Position numbers and translations under genes: made by a program
The notes under the pieces: generated by a model
Database searches by the model: none
What the model saw: only the letters and a program-made list of their open reading frames with translations
Told to the model about the DNA's origin: nothing
Assembly: GCA_963817915.1 (NCBI GenBank)
Contig: CAWFQL010000017.1
Location: 512,001-576,000 of the forward strand
Direction: 5' to 3'
DNA length: 64,000 bases
From: an uncultured candidate division Zixibacteria bacterium
Lineage (GTDB): Bacteria > Zixibacteria > MSB-5A5 > UBA10806
Part shown: piece after piece, positions 30,711 through 40,876 of the stretch
How positions within the stretch are numbered: position 1 is the stretch's first letter
How the letters are laid out: every line of letters begins with the position of its first letter

Positions 30711-31550
30711 GTGGAGGGCCAACAAAAATGCAGCAATTGCGGTCAACCGCGCGATCCTGAGGATCGTTTTTGCAAAAATTGCGGGAAACCATTCGAGGCG
30801 CCGCCGCCTCCTGAGCCGCCGCCCGCCGGACCATCAGACCAGATGGGACAATCACCATTGCTATCGCAGACAACCTCTTCATCAGAAGAGAAGCATGTCC
30901 CCTGGGAGCAACGAGAAAAATACGGATTTTTCGGAGGATTATGGGAGACCTGGAAAGAATCGGTTTTTTACCCCAATAGATTTTTCAGTAAGCTGCCCTT
31001 TACCGGCGGCCTAGCCAGCCCCTTGCTCTATGCATTAATCACAAGCTGGTTCGGTTATGCAGTGTACTATATTTACGAGATAATATTCGCCAGCTTCTGG
31101 CTGGGACTGGTCTCGTCATTGGTAAAAGAGCCTCAGATCATGTCGGTGATGGGTTTGCAGGGCGGTTTGACCATTTTAAAGCTCATTATCATACCGGGCA
31201 TGATCGTCGTCAGTTTGTTTATAATGAGCGGAATATATCATTTGCTCTTCATGCTGTTCGGTTGGGCCAAACGAGACTTCGAGGCTACATTCCGAGCACT
31301 CGCTTATAGCTACGGAACTGCGCTCTTTATGATAGTTCCGCTTTGCGGAAGTGTGGTCGGACTTGTATGGTATATTGTCATCGCCATCACAGGCCTAAAA
31401 CATGCGCAGCAAACGACCGGCGGCAAAGCGGCGTTAGTGTTTTTTATACCGCTAATTCTTTTCTGCTGCTGTGTCGCCATCATGATGGCCTTATTCTGGA
31501 CGGCGATTATCGGCATGATCGGCGCGGCCAGTCATTTCGGAGTAGATTGA
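30711..31550 (+). CDS. Zinc-ribbon + Yip1-domain membrane protein
   Basis: CSNCG..FCKNCG, Pro-rich linker, PWE, FEATFRALAYS, about 5 TM. Confidence 0.8.
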   Translation: MEGQQKCSNCGQPRDPEDRFCKNCGKPFEAPPPPEPPPAGPSDQMGQSPLLSQTTSSSEEKHVPWEQREKYGFFGGLWETWKESVFYPNRFFSKLPFTGGLASPLLYALITSWFGYAVYYIYEIIFASFWLGLVSSLVKEPQIMSVMGLQGGLTILKLIIIPGMIVVSLFIMSGIYHLLFMLFGWAKRDFEATFRALAYSYGTALFMIVPLCGSVVGLVWYIVIAITGLKHAQQTTGGKAALVFFIPLILFCCCVAIMMALFWTAIIGMIGAASHFGVD

Positions 31551-31564
31551 GATATTGAAGCGGC

Positions 31565-31883
31565 GCTGTCGGGTCATTGAACTCGATAGTAGGGCAGGAG
31601 TCGCAGACTCCTTTTTTGGGTGGCAGTCGTCACCGACTGCCCCTAAAATATCAAATCAAAGGGGCAGCTGTGGACAGCTGCCGCCCAAGAAAGAACGGTG
31701 CTGTCGGGTCCCCGACCCGACAAAGACGCCGTCGTAGGTCGGGTTCAGAATGAGCGTAGCGAATTTACAATCCGGCAACTGACGGATGAAAAACCCGACA
31801 ACATTGTAGGGGTTTGATTCATCAAACCCCAAGGCAAATCGAATACCAAATGCCTTGGCAGGAGTGTTCCACTCCTGCCCTAC
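31565..31883. repeat. Large nested REP/REPIN-like cluster
   Basis: At least seven palindromic units; an outer inverted pair GTAGGGCAGGAG..CTCCTGCCCTAC encloses most of the others. Confidence 0.85.
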
Positions 31884-31896
31884 ATAGCGTCTTTAA

Positions 31897-32304
31897 ATGA
31901 AAATTAAAATCGAAAATACTCCGCCGAAATCATCGGTGCATATTATCTGGGGACCGATTGTAATAGCCCTTTTGATTGTCGGCTGGTTGTTTCGCGATTT
32001 TTGGGGATTATTGCCGCCATGTTTTTTCCATCGCCTCACTGGCATTCCCTGCGCCACCTGCGGTGGAACTCGTTCGATTGTTTCTCTGGCCGGAATGCAT
32101 CCATTATTATCATTCTGGTATAATCCCGCTGTGATGCTGACCGCCTGCGTTCTGATTTTATTTTCATTGGGCTATTTTGTGGCATTAGTTACAAAACGAC
32201 GCCTGAAATTCGAGCTAACCCAGACTGAAAAAACAGTATCGAGAATCGCTATTGTATTCTTGCTCGTTGCCAATTGGGCATTCTTGATAATCGCAGGAAG
32301 ATAA
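31897..32304 (+). CDS. DUF2752-family membrane protein
   Basis: PPCFFHRLTGIPCATCGGTRS, YNP, ANW. Confidence 0.85.
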   Translation: MKIKIENTPPKSSVHIIWGPIVIALLIVGWLFRDFWGLLPPCFFHRLTGIPCATCGGTRSIVSLAGMHPLLSFWYNPAVMLTACVLILFSLGYFVALVTKRRLKFELTQTEKTVSRIAIVFLLVANWAFLIIAGR

Positions 32305-32316
32305 ATTTATCTTTTC

Positions 32317-32422
32317 TGGGCGGCAGTCGTCATCGACTGCCCTAAAATAGCTAAATCGAAGGGGCAGCTGTGGACAGCTGCCGCCCAAGAAATACAATTA
32401 TGTTCGCATGCTGTCGGGTTGT
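32317..32422. repeat. REPIN-like element (second copy of 31617-31692) plus GTCGGG..CCCGAC palindrome
   Basis: TGGGCGGCAGTCG...GGGGCAGCTGTGGACAGCTGCCGCCCAAGAAA. Confidence 0.85.
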
Positions 32423-32523
32423 CTGACCCGACAAAAATAGGGAATGCCCCATCATTTTTATTGATAATTATTTCCAAATTTACTATACTTCGGTTTGTCT
32501 TTTGGGAAATTGAGGAGTCTACT

Positions 32524-32973
32524 TTGAACGATAATTTAAAAGATGTGAAGAAGATTTTTATTTCGGGAGTCATCCAGGGCTCATCGACAAATAATGATAT
32601 CCACTCTCAGGATTACCGCCAACGGATAACTGAAATATTACAGGACGCTTTCCCTGGAGCTCAAATATACGATCCATTTGCAGGCCATGAAAACTCGATT
32701 GAATATGATGACGAAAAAGGCAAAAAAACATTTCTTGAACATATCAGCTATGTGCACAAATCCGATCTGGTAATAGCCTATCTGCCCCACGCTTCTTTGG
32801 GCACCGCGATTGAAGTATGGGAAGCCTACCAAAAGGGGATACCGGTTTGGATTATCTCCCCGATGCAAACCAACTGGGTCGTGAGATTTTGCTCTCAAAA
32901 AATTTTCGAAAGCATCGAGGCCTTTGCGGCGTATTTTGTAGATTCGACAACAACCTTATTAAGCGAGAATTAA
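32524..32973 (+). CDS. Nucleoside 2-deoxyribosyltransferase-like protein
   Basis: KIFISG, IYDP, SDLVIAYL, SLGTAIE; GAGGAG SD before TTG 32524. Confidence 0.65.
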   Translation: MNDNLKDVKKIFISGVIQGSSTNNDIHSQDYRQRITEILQDAFPGAQIYDPFAGHENSIEYDDEKGKKTFLEHISYVHKSDLVIAYLPHASLGTAIEVWEAYQKGIPVWIISPMQTNWVVRFCSQKIFESIEAFAAYFVDSTTTLLSEN

Positions 32974-32974
32974 T

Positions 32975-33265
32975 TTGCCTACTTACGAGTATAAATGTAA
33001 AAGCTGCCAGGAAAAATTCGAAGAACTCCAGAAGATCACCGATCCCGCGATAGATAAATGTCCCCATTGCGGCGGGCCGGTCGAAAGAATAATTTCGGGC
33101 GGCGCCGGGATGGTATTCAAAGGCTCCGGATTTTATATTACTGATAATCGCTCTGATAAATATAAAAAAGCCGCCAATAATGATAAGTTTCCGACTACGG
33201 TATCGACATCAGATTCAACCAAAGACAAAAAGAACTCGGATACAAAACCGACCAAAAAAGATTAA
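32975..33265 (+). CDS. FmdB-family zinc-ribbon protein
   Basis: MPTYEYKCKSC...CPHCGG...FKGSGFYITD. Confidence 0.9.
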   Translation: MPTYEYKCKSCQEKFEELQKITDPAIDKCPHCGGPVERIISGGAGMVFKGSGFYITDNRSDKYKKAANNDKFPTTVSTSDSTKDKKNSDTKPTKKD

Positions 33266-34290
33266 CCCGTCGTTCGTCCAGCCAATTGCCCGCAAGCTCC
33301 ATTGATATCGATTCCCCTGCTCTCGCGAATAGTAACCGCGTAAGTCCGCGGATATAGATATTCCTTGAATGCCTGAACTGCTTCGTTGTCAGGTTTTTTG
33401 AATGGCAGATTATTGATCGGATTATACAATATCAGGTTAATTTTGCATGGCAGGCCATGTATCAGCTTAACGAGCTTTTTAGCGTCCGCAATGGAATCGT
33501 TGAGCCCTCCAAGCAGCAGATATTCGATGCTGACCCGACGTTTGGCTATATGAGTATATCGTTTCGCCTCTTCGATTATTTCAGCAAGACTGTTATTTTG
33601 TGCTATGGGAATTATTTTGCCTCGAATTTCCTCATCCGCCGAATGAAGCGAGATGGCCAGACCCAGCTTGTCCGCTAATGGTATAAATCGTCTCATGCCA
33701 TTGAGAACACCGACAGTCGATATCGTGATTTTCTTTCTCGAGAGCGATGGCCCGTAATCATCCGAGAGGATCGCACAGGCCTTGATAACATTATCGAGAT
33801 TGAGCATCGGCTCGCCCATTCCCATAAAGACAATATTCGATATCCGATTTCTCGAATGTTTTTGCGCAATCAGGTATTGATCGACAATTTCGCCGGCGCT
33901 GAGATTGTGCTTATACCCCAACAATCCGGTAGCGCAAAATTTACATCCAATCGGGCATCCCACCTGGCTGGAAACACACAATGTCGTTCGTTTTTGCTCC
34001 GGTATCAAAACAGATTCTATCTTATTGTTGTCCGTTAATTCGAATAGAAACTTGGTCGAGCCATCGCGCGATTTAACATGCTGGATAGTCTTTATTGATG
34101 ATACAGACGCTATCTCTTTCAATTTCGCCCTTATCATCTTGGCGATATCGGTCATCTTCTCGAAATCGGCGACCCCTTCCTGATATATCCAGCGGAAAAT
34201 CTGGCGTGCCTGATATGGCTTTAAGCCGTATTGGGGCAGGATCGCTTCCATTTCGGCTTTTGTCATTCCCTTAAGCTCTATAATATCCAC
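33262..34290 (-). CDS. rlmN: Dual-specificity RNA methyltransferase RlmN (radical SAM)
   Basis: CVSSQVGCPIGCKFC, FMGMGEP, ISLH, ACGQL. Confidence 0.97.
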   Translation of the reverse strand: MDIIELKGMTKAEMEAILPQYGLKPYQARQIFRWIYQEGVADFEKMTDIAKMIRAKLKEIASVSSIKTIQHVKSRDGSTKFLFELTDNNKIESVLIPEQKRTTLCVSSQVGCPIGCKFCATGLLGYKHNLSAGEIVDQYLIAQKHSRNRISNIVFMGMGEPMLNLDNVIKACAILSDDYGPSLSRKKITISTVGVLNGMRRFIPLADKLGLAISLHSADEEIRGKIIPIAQNNSLAEIIEEAKRYTHIAKRRVSIEYLLLGGLNDSIADAKKLVKLIHGLPCKINLILYNPINNLPFKKPDNEAVQAFKEYLYPRTYAVTIRESRGIDINGACGQLAGRTTG

Positions 34291-34373
34291 ATCCCGAATT
34301 TAAGCTAAAGTTAATATTATACAACATATTTTATCTTGCTACTTCAGGCCGTGTTTCTTAATTTTTAACCATA

Positions 34374-35202
34374 ATGAGAGTTGCCGCCGTGCAATTTGAG
34401 CCGAAATTCGGCCAAATTAAAGAGAATATTGGAATTGCTTCTGAGCTTATAAAGAGCACCGAAGCCGATTTATATGTATTACCAGAGCTTTGCTTTAGCG
34501 GTTATACATTTATATCTAGGGCTGAGGCCGAATCATTGTCGGAAAGCACTCAAAATGGCTATTCGATCGGCGAAATGTCAAAATTATCCTCTGAGAAGCA
34601 GGCAGCAATCAGTATTCGGATTTCCAGAAAACTCAAACGGCAAACTCTATAATTCATGTGCCTTAGTTACGCCAAATGGCCAAACTTACATCTATAGAAA
34701 ACTGCATCTTTTCATGCACGAAAAATTATGGTTTTCTCCGGGCGATCTGCAGTTGCGGGCTTATGATTACAATAACGCGAAAATAGGAATGATGATCTGT
34801 TTCGATTGGATTTTCCCGGAGGTAGCGCGCACTTTGGCTCTTTCCGGCGCGCAGATATTATGTCACCCTGCGAATTTGGTCATGCCATTTTGCCAGAATG
34901 CCATGATAACCCGCTCCTTAGAAAATCGTGTATTCTCCATAACTGCCAATAGGATAGGCAGAGAGGCACGGGGCGAATTTGACTTTCACTTTACCGGCCA
35001 AAGTCAGATAGTCTCAAATAAGGGAGAATTATTAAACAGAGCCTCAAATAATAAAGTAGAGGTTATAATTGCCGATATTAAAAATGACACGAGCGACGAC
35101 AAATGGTTAAATAAGATAAATAACCTCTGGGGCGATCGGCGCCCTGACTTCTACTCGAAGGTGACTGATGGCGAAGAAAAATCATCGAATACTGGTAATT
35201 GA
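34374..35202 (+). CDS. Carbon-nitrogen hydrolase (nitrilase family), frameshift near 34612
   Basis: VLPEL in the first frame; YRKLHLF and ICFDWIFPE in the second (Glu-Lys-Cys triad). Confidence 0.85.
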
Positions 35203-35554
35203 CGACGAACCCGAAATTACCGATATTATCAAAGCCTTCCTTGGCAATGCCGGCTATGAAGTCATGATAGAAAATTCATCTGTCATGGGTGTCGAAAAAG
35301 CCAAAAGCTTCAAGCCGGAATTGATATTGCTCGACATCATGATGCCCTTCATGGATGGCTATGAGGTTTGCAGTACATTGAAAAAAGATCCCGAATTAGC
35401 CGGAATCCCCGTGCTGTTTCTCACAGGCAAAGATGCCAATGACGATGCTGGTCAGAGCTTCAAATCCGGCGCGGACCTTTTTATTAAGAAACCATTTTCC
35501 TGCGAACGACTCCTTGAAATGGTCAGGATGGTTCTAATTTCGGTATCCAGATAA
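35168..35554 (+). CDS. Single-domain response regulator (receiver)
   Basis: ILVIDDE, LLDIMMP, FLTG, IKKPF. Confidence 0.93.
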   Translation: MAKKNHRILVIDDEPEITDIIKAFLGNAGYEVMIENSSVMGVEKAKSFKPELILLDIMMPFMDGYEVCSTLKKDPELAGIPVLFLTGKDANDDAGQSFKSGADLFIKKPFSCERLLEMVRMVLISVSR

Positions 35555-35579
35555 TTTGAATTCAAGTCGTAAAATTAAT

Positions 35580-35603
35580 ACCGCGGACTATCCGCGGTTT
35601 TTT
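35580..35603 (+). terminator. Rho-independent terminator
   Basis: ACCGCGGA-CTA-TCCGCGGT followed by T run. Confidence 0.7.
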
Positions 35604-35605
35604 AT

Positions 35606-35634
35606 TTGACCCAACCCTGCTTTAACGGTATACT
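35606..35634 (+). promoter_or_regulatory. Sigma70-type promoter of the TPM gene
   Basis: TTGACC-N17-TATACT, 6 nt before the ATG. Confidence 0.6.
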
Positions 35635-35640
35635 CCATCG

Positions 35641-36393
35641 ATGAGACTTATCCGGCAAACATTGATATTGATGCTTCTGATGGCGTCGATTGGGATTGCG
35701 GCACTTCCTCGCCCGATAGGGTACGTATCGGATTTTGCGCATATATTCGATCAGGGTAGCATCGATAAGATAGTCGGCACCATTCAGGCGATCAAAGCGA
35801 GCACCGGCGCGGAAATAGCGGTCGTATCCGAGGATTCCCTCGGCCGCTATGGCTCAATCGAGGAGATGTCGTTGGCGTTTCTGCATGACTGGAAGGTCGG
35901 CGAGCAAGGAAAAGACAACGGTTTGGTGCTATTGATTGTCATTGATAAGTTTAATAATTATAAAGCATATAGATTCGCAACCGGATATGGTCTCGAAGGC
36001 CAGCTGCCAGATGGGCTTTTGGGGCAGATAGGCCGTGAAGAGATGGTGCCGAATTTTCGCTCTGAGGATTATGGCGGCGGGGTTTTGGCGGCAACAATAA
36101 GAATCGGCAATATCTTGGGCGCGAATCTGCAGGCCGCTCCGAGAAGGTCGCATAAGACAAAGTCCCAGGGGCTGGGATTTATTATATTCCTGATAATCAT
36201 GGGCATCTTCCTTTTCTCCGGCAAGGGCCGGGGCGGCGGGGGATTGCTCTGGCTCCTGATGATGAGCGGTGGCGGATTTAGGAATGGTGGCGGTTTCGGC
36301 GGCGGCAGCTTCGGAGGCGGTGGAGGCGGCGGTTTTGGTGGATTTGGCGGCGGCGGCGGAGGCGGCGGCGGTGGAGCTACCGGAAGCTGGTAG
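35641..36393 (+). CDS. TPM-domain (YgcG-like) protein with Gly-rich tail
   Basis: GYVSDFA, WKVG..GKDNGLVLL, TGYGLEGQLPD, GGGGATGSW end. Confidence 0.92.
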   Translation: MRLIRQTLILMLLMASIGIAALPRPIGYVSDFAHIFDQGSIDKIVGTIQAIKASTGAEIAVVSEDSLGRYGSIEEMSLAFLHDWKVGEQGKDNGLVLLIVIDKFNNYKAYRFATGYGLEGQLPDGLLGQIGREEMVPNFRSEDYGGGVLAATIRIGNILGANLQAAPRRSHKTKSQGLGFIIFLIIMGIFLFSGKGRGGGGLLWLLMMSGGGFRNGGGFGGGSFGGGGGGGFGGFGGGGGGGGGGATGSW

Positions 36394-36443
36394 AAAGACT
36401 GATTTTTTTGAACTTTTTATGGTGCATTGCACTATAATATGGT

Positions 36444-37010
36444 ATGAGACTTATCAAGAAATATAAGAATCGACGGCTATACGACACCGATTTGAAGAAG
36501 AATATAACTTTCGACGATATAAAAAAGTACGTCATGAATGATATCGATTTGAAAATAATCGATAATACAACCGGCGAGGACATCACAATTTCAGTGCTGG
36601 CCAATATAATGGGAGAGCAGTCCCACGATTTTAAAAATTCAGGTCTGAAAATTGCCAATACGATATTAAAAAAAGGAGGAGTAGCAGCCATGGATATTTT
36701 CAAAAAATTAACGTTGGCCTCTATCGGAGCCGCCAACATGACTAAGGAAAGGCTCGAAGAATTGTTCGATGAAATGGTCAAAAAAGGCGAGATGACCAAT
36801 GACGAAAAAGCCCAGGCCATAAAAGGCTTCGTTGATAAATCGGTTGAAATGAGCGAAAAGGCCAAAGTCTACGCCGACGATATTGCCAAGAAAGTCTCTG
36901 AGAAATTTTCAGCCAAATTTGACCAGCAAATTTCCCAGTTGGCAATAAAATTGGAAGAGGTCAATACCAGGATCGCCGAGCTTGAAAAAAAGCTGAATAT
37001 TGATAAATAA
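36444..37010 (+). CDS. PhaR-type DNA-binding domain joined to a phasin-like domain (may be two genes)
   Basis: IKKYKNRRLYDT..TGEDIT N-terminus; MDIFKKLTLASIGAA..MVKKGE from 36690. Confidence 0.8.
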   Translation: MRLIKKYKNRRLYDTDLKKNITFDDIKKYVMNDIDLKIIDNTTGEDITISVLANIMGEQSHDFKNSGLKIANTILKKGGVAAMDIFKKLTLASIGAANMTKERLEELFDEMVKKGEMTNDEKAQAIKGFVDKSVEMSEKAKVYADDIAKKVSEKFSAKFDQQISQLAIKLEEVNTRIAELEKKLNIDK

Positions 37011-37040
37011 TTACTGCGCTTATAGCCAAATTATTGCATC

Positions 37041-37196
37041 GTAGGGGCGTTTGAAAAAACGCCCTTCTTCATGTGGCATGCTTATTCGCCGGCGGATGCG
37101 AGATTTCTGTGAGGTCGGGTCGCCTGACCCGACCGATTATATGCAGGAGAAAATGGCTGAGTGGCAAGCCTGTCCATCCTTGACGGAAAAGCATGT
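37041..37196. repeat. REP-like cluster
   Basis: GTAGGGGCGTTTGAAAAAACGCCC (exact reverse complement of 45765-45788); GTGGCATGCT units; GTCGGGTCGCCTGACCCGAC. Confidence 0.8.
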
Positions 37197-37319
37197 GCGC
37201 AATCGATATATTCGATTTTAAAAAGCGATTGTTATTGACCTTGAGGGATTCTGCCGATAAAATAATTCAGATGATATTGGATATATTAATTCAGTGCATA
37301 GTCTGAAAAGGTTGCTTTA

Positions 37320-38997
37320 ATGGGTATACCCCGTCCAGATGTGACATTGCGCCATCTTAAACGGTACAAAGAGATCGCCGGCGTATTCATGAAATACGGC
37401 TTCGGCGAGGTTTTTGACCGTCTGAATATTTCGGCGGCCTATCGATTAGGAAATAGAGTGCTGCGAAGGGAGCTTCCGCCTCAGACCACCTATGCCGAAC
37501 GAATCAGAATGTCATTGGAAGAGCTTGGGCCGACTTTTATCAAACTCGGGCAGGTGCTTTCCATGAGGCCATTCCTGGTGCCGCTCGATCTGGTAATCGA
37601 ATTGATCAAGCTACAGGATAAGGTTCCGCCCATGAAGCCTGAAATCGCGGTCAGGACAGTCGAAGACTGAACTGAAAATGAAATTATCCGATGCTTACTC
37701 GAGCTTCGATCCCAATCCTGTGGCTTCGGCGTCACTTTCTCAAGTCCATAAAGCTACATTGATTGATGGCACTTCTGTCGCTGTCAAAATTCAAAGGCCG
37801 GGAATCAAAAAAATAATCGAATCCGATATGGAAATATTAAGGGATATAGCGGCTCTTTTTGAAAAGCATATCCCCGAAAGCAGACAATACGAACCTATCG
37901 GCCTTGTCGATGAATTAGCCAAATCCACCCGAAAAGAAATCAATTTTCTGCTGGAAGCGAGGAATATTGAAGTCTTCGCGCGCAATTTCGAAAATGATAA
38001 ACGGATATTCATACCCAAAGTGTATTGGGATTTTTCGACTCGCCACATGATTACAATGGATTGGATCGATGGCATTAAAATAAATGATGTCGAAAAGCTC
38101 AAATCATTAGGCCTGAATACATCGGAAATCTGTAAAGCGGGCGGCGAAATGGTTTTCAAGATGATTTTCGATCATGGATTCTTCCATGCCGACCCGCATC
38201 CCGGCAATTTATTTGTCACCAGGGAAGGGCTGATAGCGCCAGTCGATTATGGTATGATGGGGACATTGTCAACCACCCAGCTTTCAGAGATCGGCGATAT
38301 TTTAGCCGCGATTGTCAGCAAAGATTCGGCATTAATGGCCTACTCATTTTCAAAGGCAGAATTTCTTCCGGAAGATATAAATTTGAAGTCATTCGAGGCT
38401 GATATCAATGAAATGATGAGTCGTTACCATAAGACCCCGCTCGCTCAGATCGACATGGCGACGATTTCCGAAGAATTTTTCGATATAGTGCATCGCTATC
38501 ATTTTCAGGTGCGATCGGAATTCATGGTATTCGGCAAGGCGATGGTTACCTATGAAGAGGTCGCCCGTCAGCTCGATCCCGATTATGATTTCATCAAGAG
38601 CGCGGCGCCATTTGTCAAAAAACTTGTATTCAGGAAATTTAATGTCGACGAAATATCGAGAGACCTGAAGATCGGAATTTCTGAGATGAGGGATTTCATG
38701 ATAAAATTCCCCATCGAGGCCCGCCAATTCACGACCAAGCTCAATAAAGGGAAAATTAAATTCGGACTGGATATAATCGGCCTGGAACGGCTGATAGTGG
38801 AGCTCGATAGATCATCGAACCGTCTCGCATTTGCGTTGGTGATCGCCGCCATAATCATCGGATCATCATTCATAATGACACTTGATATCGGGCTGAAAGT
38901 CTGGGGTGTACCGGTGGTAGGATTACTCGGCTATTCGATCGCAGGTATCCTTGGACTGGGATTAGCGCTCTCCATATTGCGTTCTGGTAAGCTTTAA
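37320..38997 (+). CDS. UbiB/AarF (ABC1) atypical kinase, frameshift near 37665
   Basis: LGPTFIKLGQ, ASASLSQVH, VAVKIQRP, FFHADPHPGN, DYGMMG. Confidence 0.9.
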
Positions 38998-39045
38998 AAA
39001 TCATCTATAATAATATTTAGTAGGGCATGGGCTCAAAATTACGGA

Positions 39046-39074
39046 GTGTCGTCGGGTCTCCTGACCCGACGACA
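39046..39074. repeat. REP-like palindrome
   Basis: TGTCGTCGGGTCTCCTGACCCGACGACA. Confidence 0.7.
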
Positions 39075-39187
39075 TTTATAGTGTTATTGGCAATCTTTGA
39101 ATTACAAATATCATAATTCCTCCGGCATCCAACTCCACACTCCTGAACCCTATTTAGCTTGACGCAGTATAATACGCAGGTATATTT

Positions 39188-40255
39188 ATGCCGGAGGAAA
39201 AAGGGAAAATGCTTTTTGGTGATCTTTCCGAACGAGAAAAGAAAATACTCAAGGTACTGATAGACCATTATATCGAGTCGGCGGAGCCCGTGGCGTCGAG
39301 GGCAATCGCGAAAAAATTCGATTTGGGATTGTCTCCCGCGACGATCAGAAATACGATACAAGACCTTGAAGGGATGGATTTGGTTCATCAGCCGCATACC
39401 TCTGCCGGTCGAATTCCCACATCCAAAGGCTATCGCTTATACGTAGATTACCTTCTCCATCCTGATAAACTTTCCAAGCATGACATGGAAAAGATTGGAA
39501 AGAATCTTTCCAAAGAATATACGGGGATTGATCAGGTCCTGGAGCAGACATCGAGGGTTCTCGGCAATGTATCACGGCAACTTGGAATCGCCATATCGCC
39601 CCATTTTGAATCCGGCATTCTGACCAGATTAGAATTGATACCAGTGGCCGAACGAAGAGTCTTGGTAGTATTGGCTATGAAATCTGGCCTTGCACGGACA
39701 ATTTTGCTTGAAGTCGAGACCGACTTAAAGGAAATGGCCTTATCGGAAACGGCTGCAATTCTCAATGAACGTCTTTGCGGGCTTTCGGTAGGCGAAATCA
39801 AGAAAACAATCAAGGCGCGGCTTGAAAAACCAACCTTAGGCGACCCCAGATTGATAAAGATGTTCATAGATTCATCCGAAGAAATGCTGTCATTCGCAGA
39901 GGATGAAAATGTGCATCTTGGTGGAGCACAGCATATTCTTGCCCAACCCGAGTTCAATAACCCTGCCAGAGTGCGGGAATTGATTAATCTTCTCGAAGAG
40001 CGGCAGACTGTCTATGAATTGGTATCAAATGCCGGAATCGATCAGGGAATAACAATTACCATAGGAGTGGGGAGTAAAAAGAATTCTATAAAAGGCGATA
40101 AGGGAGAGGAGCTCTCGCTGCTTTCGACAACCTATTCGGCCGGGAAGGTCAAGGGCAAAATAGGGATAATCGGCCCCATGAGGATGCCTTATTCTAAATT
40201 GGTAGGTATTGTCGATTACACCGCAAAACGTCTTTCTAAGATTTTATCTGAATAG
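39188..40255 (+). CDS. hrcA: Heat-inducible transcription repressor HrcA (start may be ATG 39209)
   Basis: SPATIRN, QPHTSAGRIPT.KGYR.YVD, IIGPMRM.Y. Confidence 0.96.
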   Translation: MPEEKGKMLFGDLSEREKKILKVLIDHYIESAEPVASRAIAKKFDLGLSPATIRNTIQDLEGMDLVHQPHTSAGRIPTSKGYRLYVDYLLHPDKLSKHDMEKIGKNLSKEYTGIDQVLEQTSRVLGNVSRQLGIAISPHFESGILTRLELIPVAERRVLVVLAMKSGLARTILLEVETDLKEMALSETAAILNERLCGLSVGEIKKTIKARLEKPTLGDPRLIKMFIDSSEEMLSFAEDENVHLGGAQHILAQPEFNNPARVRELINLLEERQTVYELVSNAGIDQGITITIGVGSKKNSIKGDKGEELSLLSTTYSAGKVKGKIGIIGPMRMPYSKLVGIVDYTAKRLSKILSE

Positions 40256-40259
40256 TCGC

Positions 40260-40288
40260 TTGACAGAAATATCAAAATCTCCTATATA
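40260..40288 (+). promoter_or_regulatory. Sigma70-type promoter before grpE
   Basis: TTGACA-N17-TATATA. Confidence 0.5.
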
Positions 40289-40320
40289 CCCCGCCCTATG
40301 AAATTCTTGGAGTACAAAAA

Positions 40321-40830
40321 ATGGTAAGAAAGTTACATGCGGCCGCAGAGCTGGCGGCATATAAGACAGGTCTATTAAAATCCACGGCTTTAGAGGAAAA
40401 GGAAGATAAATATATCAGATTGGCAGCGGAATTTGATAATTATAAAAAGAGGACATCCAGACAATACGCGGACGTAATCAGAAATGCCAACGAGGAATTG
40501 TTGCAAGACTTGCTCGATGTTATCAATGATTTTCAACGAGCCCTCGAGACGCTTTCGAACTCGGCGCCAGATAACAAAAATGCGAGTGCCGAAGCATTTC
40601 AAGCGGGCATAAAAATGGTGTATGACAAAATGATGGCCGTGCTAAAGGGTCGGGGCGTCAGTCAGCTGCAGGTAATGGGACAGCCGTTCGACCCGCAATT
40701 CCACGACGCGGTCATGCAGATGCCATCCGATGCTGAAGAAGGAACCATCATCGGTGTAGTTTCTCCAGGTTATTTATTGAATGAAAAGGTAATCCGCCAC
40801 GCTAAGGTCATAGTGGCTTCTTCGAAATAG
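40321..40830 (+). CDS. grpE: Nucleotide exchange factor GrpE
   Basis: RLAAEFDNYKKR, FDPQFHDAV, GYLLNEKVIRHAKV. Confidence 0.95.
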   Translation: MVRKLHAAAELAAYKTGLLKSTALEEKEDKYIRLAAEFDNYKKRTSRQYADVIRNANEELLQDLLDVINDFQRALETLSNSAPDNKNASAEAFQAGIKMVYDKMMAVLKGRGVSQLQVMGQPFDPQFHDAVMQMPSDAEEGTIIGVVSPGYLLNEKVIRHAKVIVASSK

Positions 40831-40876
40831 ATTGAGATAGAATTTAAGATACAATTTAAGATGAAAGGGTGTTTGT

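Noticed and set aside
36225..36393. GGC-rich tandem repeat
   Set aside because: Encodes the normal Gly-rich tail of TPM proteins
37660..37680. TGA at the end of the first ubiB-like fragment as possible selenocysteine
   Set aside because: The coding sequence continues in a different frame, so this is an indel; no Cys-equivalent position
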